Below are positions 57,901 through 64,000 of a stretch of DNA of 64,000 nucleotides, piece after piece; position 1 is the first letter of the stretch, and each line of letters starts with the position of its first letter. The translations under genes were made by a program, and so were the position numbers. The stretch spans positions 62,001 through 126,000 of the forward strand of contig JAPMXV010000043.1 in the NCBI GenBank assembly GCA_026936335.1, read 5' to 3'. This stretch comes from Mantamonas sphyraenae STR306. Lineage: Eukaryota > Protista > CRuMs. The notes below the pieces were generated by a model. The model was not told the origin of the DNA, made no database searches, and was given only the letters and a program-made list of their open reading frames with translations.

Positions 57901-58352
57901 AGTACCAGCAAGTGATGGCCTTCAAGAAGCTCACCGGTGTCGAGGATGGCTACGACACGGAGGAAGAGTTGGAAATGGATGCTGGAGACGACGAGGACGA
58001 CCTCGTGCGCTCCTACTTCCTGCTGGACAGTTGGAAGATCCACCCGAGCCGCCAACTGGGTGGAGACAGCATCCCCATGCCCACGGACGACAACCCCGAT
58101 GCCACCGCCCTGCGCCCCTACACCACCATCCAGTTTGCTGTCGAGGACTGGGATTACGACTGCGATGAGGAGGAGATGCAGCAGTTGGCTGAAAGCGAAG
58201 GCAACGACTGCTACTTTGAGCGCAAGGTGCTCAAGGAGTTCCTCGCCGACCTCTACGCTACGCGTGCCGAGGCCAAGATTGACGAGCTGTACGACGCCGA
58301 GCTGTTCCCATGCTACGATCTGGAGACCCTGGAGCCGACCATCAAGGCCTGA
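54977..58352 (+). CDS. Anoctamin/TMEM16 family protein 2 with Glu/Pro-rich repeat N-terminus (first exon not resolved; 1-nt frameshift at ~55257)
   Basis: Acceptor CAG at 54974-54976. YFGEKIALYFAWIGHYT, WENHRTQTEYED, IQFGYITLF, NNIVEIRLD. Confidence 0.92.
55069..55500 (+). repeat. 30-bp/18-bp coding minisatellite (EEEPEPEAPA / EEEPEP)
   Basis: GAGGAGCCTGAGCCCGAGGCACCCGCTGAG occurs about five times, followed by variant 18- and 30-bp units. Confidence 0.92.
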
Positions 58353-58581
58353 TCCACACGAACCCCTGCAGAAACATCGACAACAATTCTCGTTGCGGTT
58401 GCAACAACAAATGCACCTGCTCGCATTCCGTGCCTCTCTCTTCCGTCATCTCATCCACACGCCTCTGTTGGTCCTGTGGCTGTTGTCTGCGTTGCGTTGC
58501 GAAGCGCGAAGCGCGCCCACTGCTCCACTTGAAATCTTGGCTCAACCCAATTTTCTCTTCTTGCAAACCCAATCGCCAATC

Positions 58582-60149
58582 ATGTCCAAGTTGATGGTCA
58601 GCGTAAGTGGAATCCGTGGCATTGTGGGCGACACGCTCAAGCCGGCAACGATTGAAAAGTACGTCAGCGCGTTTGCCGCCCTGGTGCGCTCGGATGCAGA
58701 CAAGGAAGGCGCCAAGATCATTCTCGGCGCAGACAGCCGCATCTCTGGTCCGTGGGTGGTGCGTATGGTCGAGTCGCTGCTGATGGCCTTTGGTTTCACG
58801 GTGGTGAACATCGGCGTCGTGCCAACGCCGACGGTCCAGTTTATTGTGCAACAGTACGAGGCCGCAGCAGGCATCGTCGTAACCAGTTCGCACAACCCCA
58901 TCGAGTGGAATGGTAAGTGAAGCGGAGGGGGAGATCCGAGCAGCCCGTTGGTCGCAAAACAAGGGAGCAGCAAAACGGGCAAGCCCCGGCAAAAAAAGCT
59001 TCCACACGTCACCACACCCTCGGACGGGAACGCTGACGACGACACCCTCGCCGTGACGAACCCCCCCCCCCCCCCCGTACGTGTGCATGGCAACCACGCA
59101 CAGGACTCAAGTTTGTGCACAGCGACGGCCTGTTCTTCACAAAGGAGCGCAACGAGGCAATGTGGAAGCTGGTGGAGGACGGTTTCGACTATCCGTCCTT
59201 CGAGGTGCTTGGAAGCGTGGAGTACGACAACACGGCGGCACAGCAGCACATCGACTTTCTCAAGGGCTTGGAGTACATCAACGTTGAGCAGGTGGCGGCA
59301 CGCAAGTTCAAGGTGGTGCTGGACACAGTGAACGGGGCCGGAGGGCCGATCATGAAGCAGCTGCTCGAAGAGTTTGGCTGCGAAGTGGTGGCTCTGAACA
59401 ACGAGCCCACTGGCAGGTTTTCACACAAGCCTGAACCCATCCCCGAGCATCTGGGCCAGCTGTGCGAAGCTGTGGTGGAGCACCAGGCCGATCTGGGTGT
59501 GGCCACCGATCCAGACGTCGACCGCTGCGTGCTGATTGACGAAACAGGCAAGCCGCTGGGCGAAGAGTACACTCTTTCACTGGCTGTGGAGTTTATGCTT
59601 GGTCACGTGGGCAAGCGAGGCCCCGTATGCAAGAACCTGTCCACTACGCGTGCCGTGGACGACATTGCCGCCAAGTACGACTGCGAGGTGGTGGCCACGG
59701 CTGTGGGTGAGATCAACGTGGCAGCAAAGATGGTGGAGATTGGCTCTGTGATTGGAGGCGAGGGCAATGGCGGCGTCATGCTGCCCGACTGCCACATTGG
59801 GCGCGACGCACCCGTTGCTGCCGTGCTCACACTGCAGCACCTCGCTCTGTTTGACGGTACTCTTAGCCAGCTCAAGGCTTCTCTCCCTCAGTACGAGATT
59901 GCCAAGCTGAAATGCCCGCTGGGCGACATGGACGCCGACGCTGTGATTGACTCGTTCAAGACCAAGTGGCAAGGAAAGGCCAAGATCGACGAAACCGATG
60001 GAGTGCGCATCGACGCTGACTTTGGCTGGGTTCATTTGCGCAAGTCCAACACGGAACCGATTGTGCGTGTTATTGGCGAGAGTGGCACAGAGGAAACCAG
60101 CCTCGAGATGTGTGAGCGCTTCATGGCCGAGCTCCTGGCGAACGCTTGA
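58582..60149 (+). CDS. Alpha-D-phosphohexomutase (PMM/PGM/GlmM-like), intron 58913-59103
   Basis: SVSGIRG, catalytic TSSHNP..NGLK joined by splicing, metal loop DPDVDR, GGEGNGG, RKSNTEP. Confidence 0.93.
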
Positions 60150-61561
60150 GCAGAGAAGCCATGCCTGTGCCTGCATCCTCCTCCAGTGTGGTGTTGAGCA
60201 CAAAACAAACACTTGCTTCCAGCGCCTCCACATCCACATCCAACCGCAACGCAAGTGTGCACGCGTCAAGGACGCCCTGCATCTCGTCTGGCGCCACAAC
60301 CAAGCACGCTGTTAGCATGACCCCCAGCAACAAATGCACCAAGCGACTCACATAGTCTTCCACTGCGTCATGTTGACTGTCCAGGCCGACGAGAAAATCG
60401 CCCACCGTTTCGGCCTGCGCATAACTCAAGTCCAAGAGCAGACATGCCACCACGTACACATTGGACTTGACAGCATATCCCCCCGTGCATGGTCCATGCA
60501 GCAACAATTTTTCCAGGATATCGATTGGCAGTGTGCGCACCACGTCATAGTGCACCACATCCAAGACGGCCGACTCGGCAACCGCCACGCTGCTTGGATC
60601 CACCTGAATGTTTCCATAGGTGATGAGGTCGGCATGGCTCATCCCTTCCGAACTGTCCAGCTGTGAATTTGCCGGTGCCGTGTCAATAAGTCAGTAAAAT
60701 CTTTGTCCACGTCCTCGGCGCGACCTCAGTTGACTACCTTGTGCACCACTGCCAAACATCCTGCAATGACAAGCTCAGCTACGGCAAGAACCTCGACGCA
60801 CACCTGAGTTTCGTCTGCGGACGGTGTGCTGGGCGAATGTGGGAAGGGTCAGCGGTGTTGGTTCGGTTGCGTTCCTGATGTCGCACTCACCCGTTTGCTT
60901 GAATTGCTTCGAGCACCAGAGCAGACCACGCTTCCAGAGGCGTACTGCGGGAGCACAGGACATCTCCATCGTGGTTGCACACCTGAACCGGCTGGTCATG
61001 TTTGAAAATGGGCATGAGGCCGTGCACACCATCGGCGCACCCATGATCCAAGTTCTCAGCCTCTTCTTGCTCTTCCGCCTTGCGTTCACTCCACCCTACT
61101 CCACTGCCCATCTCGGCCTTGCAAAGTGCATGCCTGAGCTCCTCCATGCACTGAACCAGCAATGACCACGCGTGTTGGCGCGTACGGCTGCTCCCGTCGC
61201 TGTACACACTCACTTGCCACAATCGAGTGCGCCACATGCCTGGTTGCTGGACAAAGGCACCCAGAACCGCTTTCGCCACTCGGTGTGTCTGCAGCTCCTC
61301 CTTCCAATGCATACCGACGCAGACTGTGGCGTGAGTTGTGCCATCCTCGCTCTCAAGGTTACCATACTCCAGGGGCAGGCTTTCCTGGACACTACGGTAC
61401 CAGGAAGCTCCTACGAGAGCATCCATCCGGCCGCTGCGCATGCTCTCTGCAACAAGCATGCTGAAGGTATCTGCTGCGTCTTCATTGCCTGTTTCACCGC
61501 GGCCTTGTCCCTCACTCTCTTTGCCACTGTCCTGCAGGAATAAGGTCACACGTGAACTCAT
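60121..61561 (-). CDS. Hypothetical protein, probably spliced (ORFs 61561-60887 and 60642-60121)
   Basis: Two same-strand ORFs with protein-like composition fill the gap. GTGAGT donor near 60890. No family recognised and joins unresolved. Confidence 0.35.
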
Positions 61562-61621
61562 TGTGTGGGGATTGTGACACGCACAAGAAACAACGTTGGG
61601 GTCGTCGGCGCGGGTGTCCGG

Positions 61622-63997
61622 TCAATCGCCCTTTTCCGCTGCCAGCGTGCGACTGAGATGACCGACGTGATCCGCAATCACTGCATCGACTCCCATTCGC
61701 AGTTGCATCTTTGTGATTTTGCGGTCGTTGTTCATGCCTCCGTACGTGAACAGCAGGAGACCGCTTTGTTTCACAGCCTGAATCAGAATTGGCGAGTCGA
61801 CAAAGATGTCGCTGAGTGAAACGATGCCTGGCAAGTGAAAGCGCCTTGCAAACGCAACCGCTTGCTGGAGCGACTGCATGCGCGTATCGTAGTACGTGAT
61901 GGAGCCTGCCGTGGTCAGGAAGAACACAGGAAACTGGGGTTGCTTCAGACTTGCGGCAATGCACAGATCCGGATCGAATGATGAAAAGATGATGTTGCGG
62001 CGCTTTTCCTGCACCTTGTCAAACACAACCTTGAGGGTCAGATCCACGAATTCGTTGCGTTCCAACACGTGAAGGCCTGCCGTTTCGGTGGTCTCATCGG
62101 CTGGGTACTTGAGTTCGATGTTGAAGCCTGTTTTTTGAGGCACCTTGTCAAACACCTCGGCCAGCGTCGGGAAGGAGTCGTGAATGGACACCACATGACC
62201 TCGTTCCTTGTGCTTTTGCGTTTCTGTGTCTGCCTCGAGTGCGCCGTCGGCTGGCACAAAGTCTCGGTCCCTGTCCACTGTGACGCGCTGGCCCTGTGAA
62301 CCACTTGACTGCTCGCCTTCCGATGCGGTCGAATCTTCGCCGCCACTGATGCTGTTGTTGCTGCTGCTACTGACGGTGCCGCCGTCAAACTCGAGGGCCG
62401 CTGCCTTGCTTGCTGCGGCACGAGCGGCTTGCTTGCCCTTGGCTCGTCGTGCATCTTGCTTGCGCTTGGACAAGTTGCGACGTGGTGGCGTGCCCATGCG
62501 AGAGTTGCTGAGTTCCGAGTCGGAATTGATGCTGCCCGAGCCTTCGCCGTCGCTGTCGCTCAGGTCGCCCTGGGACTGGGTAGTACGCAAGTCAAACTCT
62601 GCGTGACTGGCGCGTCGTTTGACAAAATCCTTTGTGCGTGGCAACCAGCGCTTCTTGTCCGTGTGGCTGTTGGCTTTGCCCGTGACGGAGGTGCTGCCCA
62701 GGCTTTTGAACTGCTCCAGGGTGAGCTGGCCCACACTGACGCCCATGCCCAATTCCTGGACGTACATGTTGTGATAGATGACAGGCACCTTGTCCTTCGT
62801 GAACTGGACGTCAAACTCGACGTACTCGGCACCCAGGTCCGAGGCGGTCACAAAGCTGAGCAGTGTGTTTTCCTGCACGTGGCTGCGATGGTACTTGCCC
62901 ACCTTTGCGGAGCGGTTCGCGCCATAGCCACGATGGCCAATGAGCTTGATCTTGGAGGTACGAAACGAGTCGAGGAGCACGTGGGAGATGTCAAAGTTGC
63001 CAATGTCGGGCGTGGGCGTAATGACGAAATACTGGAAAGTGAAGTAGCCCACGACGTCGAGCTCGGGGCTGATGATGGCTCGTTTGATGGTTCCTCGCTT
63101 GTCCTTCATGTCCTCCGGGATGATGTGCACTTTGCCCAGGATGGCGGGTGAATCGTTGGGCAGCACCTCGATGACGAGGTTGGTCAGCTGCTCAAAGGTG
63201 TCACCAGGCATTTTGAGCAGATTCTGCCGGTGCGGGTCGCTGGCACTGATGCTCATGGTGTAAGGTTTGCTGAGGGGCACGTTGGACGAGACGACCACCT
63301 TGCCCTCAAAGGGTTCGTCGGTGTTGAGGAGCTGCACAGGAGGAGGCACCTCGCCGTACATGCGCTTCAGTGCACCCAATTGGTCGCCCAGCATGAGGTG
63401 CAGCTGGTAGGAGTTGAGAAGCCAGCCTGCAGTGGAGACGTACTCGGAGGATTCGTCGAGGACGTCCACCTCGCGTTCATCGCTCACGTCGTCCTCCACG
63501 TTGCTGCCGCGGTCGCCATTGACGTTGCACTCTTCGCGTGGGAGGAAGCCATACACGCCGTCGTCCCTCACAGTGGTCTCTGTGTCGAGAGCACACAGGT
63601 CCACCTTTCGGCTGCCCGGAATGGTTTCCCAGTTGACCAGGGCACGTCCGTACCCACGCACCATGTACTTGTAGCGCACTACGTGGCTACCTGCGTCCAG
63701 TTTGTCTTGTGGGATGGCAAACAGCACGGTGGCCGTCCAAACATTGTAATCGGGGCGCGTGTTTGCGCCGCTGTCACCATCCAGAGCTGTGTCGTCGTCC
63801 ATGGTGTGCCTCATCATCACCAAGCTCTTGAGGGGGTTCCACTTGCCCAGGATGGGGTCCTCCCCCACAATACACACCTGGCGGCCGGGCTTTGTTTTCG
63901 CCCTCACAATAAAGTGCACTGTGCGCACATTGGTCATTTCCTGATCGTCCACGAGCTCGTCCACGTCCATGGACAGGGTGCTGTTGCTGCGCACCAT
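61622..63997 (-). CDS. GPCPD1: Glycerophosphocholine phosphodiesterase (CBM20 + GDPD), GPCPD1/GDE5-like
   Basis: CBM20 motifs IVGEDPILGKWNP..YKY..WE. GDPD motifs IGHRG, ENTL, EFDV, FNIELK, SSFDPD. Confidence 0.9.
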   Translation of the reverse strand: MVRSNSTLSMDVDELVDDQEMTNVRTVHFIVRAKTKPGRQVCIVGEDPILGKWNPLKSLVMMRHTMDDDTALDGDSGANTRPDYNVWTATVLFAIPQDKLDAGSHVVRYKYMVRGYGRALVNWETIPGSRKVDLCALDTETTVRDDGVYGFLPREECNVNGDRGSNVEDDVSDEREVDVLDESSEYVSTAGWLLNSYQLHLMLGDQLGALKRMYGEVPPPVQLLNTDEPFEGKVVVSSNVPLSKPYTMSISASDPHRQNLLKMPGDTFEQLTNLVIEVLPNDSPAILGKVHIIPEDMKDKRGTIKRAIISPELDVVGYFTFQYFVITPTPDIGNFDISHVLLDSFRTSKIKLIGHRGYGANRSAKVGKYHRSHVQENTLLSFVTASDLGAEYVEFDVQFTKDKVPVIYHNMYVQELGMGVSVGQLTLEQFKSLGSTSVTGKANSHTDKKRWLPRTKDFVKRRASHAEFDLRTTQSQGDLSDSDGEGSGSINSDSELSNSRMGTPPRRNLSKRKQDARRAKGKQAARAAASKAAALEFDGGTVSSSSNNSISGGEDSTASEGEQSSGSQGQRVTVDRDRDFVPADGALEADTETQKHKERGHVVSIHDSFPTLAEVFDKVPQKTGFNIELKYPADETTETAGLHVLERNEFVDLTLKVVFDKVQEKRRNIIFSSFDPDLCIAASLKQPQFPVFFLTTAGSITYYDTRMQSLQQAVAFARRFHLPGIVSLSDIFVDSPILIQAVKQSGLLLFTYGGMNNDRKITKMQLRMGVDAVIADHVGHLSRTLAAEKGD

Positions 63998-64000
63998 GCT

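Noticed and set aside
19792-63997. Functional cluster of sugar-phosphate, NADP or Ca2+ genes
   Set aside because: Mixed orientations and unrelated pathways; ordinary for a compact eukaryotic genome.

Overview
A compact, GC-rich eukaryotic (protist-like) region with short GT-AG introns carrying CTRAC branch sites and convergent intergenic gaps of about 20-115 bp. Host genes: BK/Slo-type K+ channel C-terminus, PCD-like protein, RNF4-like RING ligase, double-RasGAP/LRR protein, MdAP-like protein, SDIR1-like RING-H2 ligase, Nudix hydrolase, a probable spliced D/D-domain + 8xIQ + nocturnin fusion, a ~19 kb gene for a giant surface receptor ending in two RGS-like domains, PFKFB, two anoctamins, NADPH-P450 reductase, GH31, a PLP aminotransferase, a bacterial-type phosphohexomutase and GPCPD1. 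The highlight is a ~7.1 kb insertion (3468-10559) between two convergent genes, bounded by an 8-bp GCGCGCGC direct repeat. It encodes one intronless 2078-aa protein with an N-terminal XPG/FEN1(PIN)-like domain, central OB/S1-like repeats and a C-terminal TnpB/Fanzor RuvC with an intact D-E-D triad. A ~140-nt multi-hairpin segment follows the stop codon where an omegaRNA is expected. Five 1-2 nt frameshifts in host genes are most likely assembly errors. All calls come from motif reading by eye; no searches were run.
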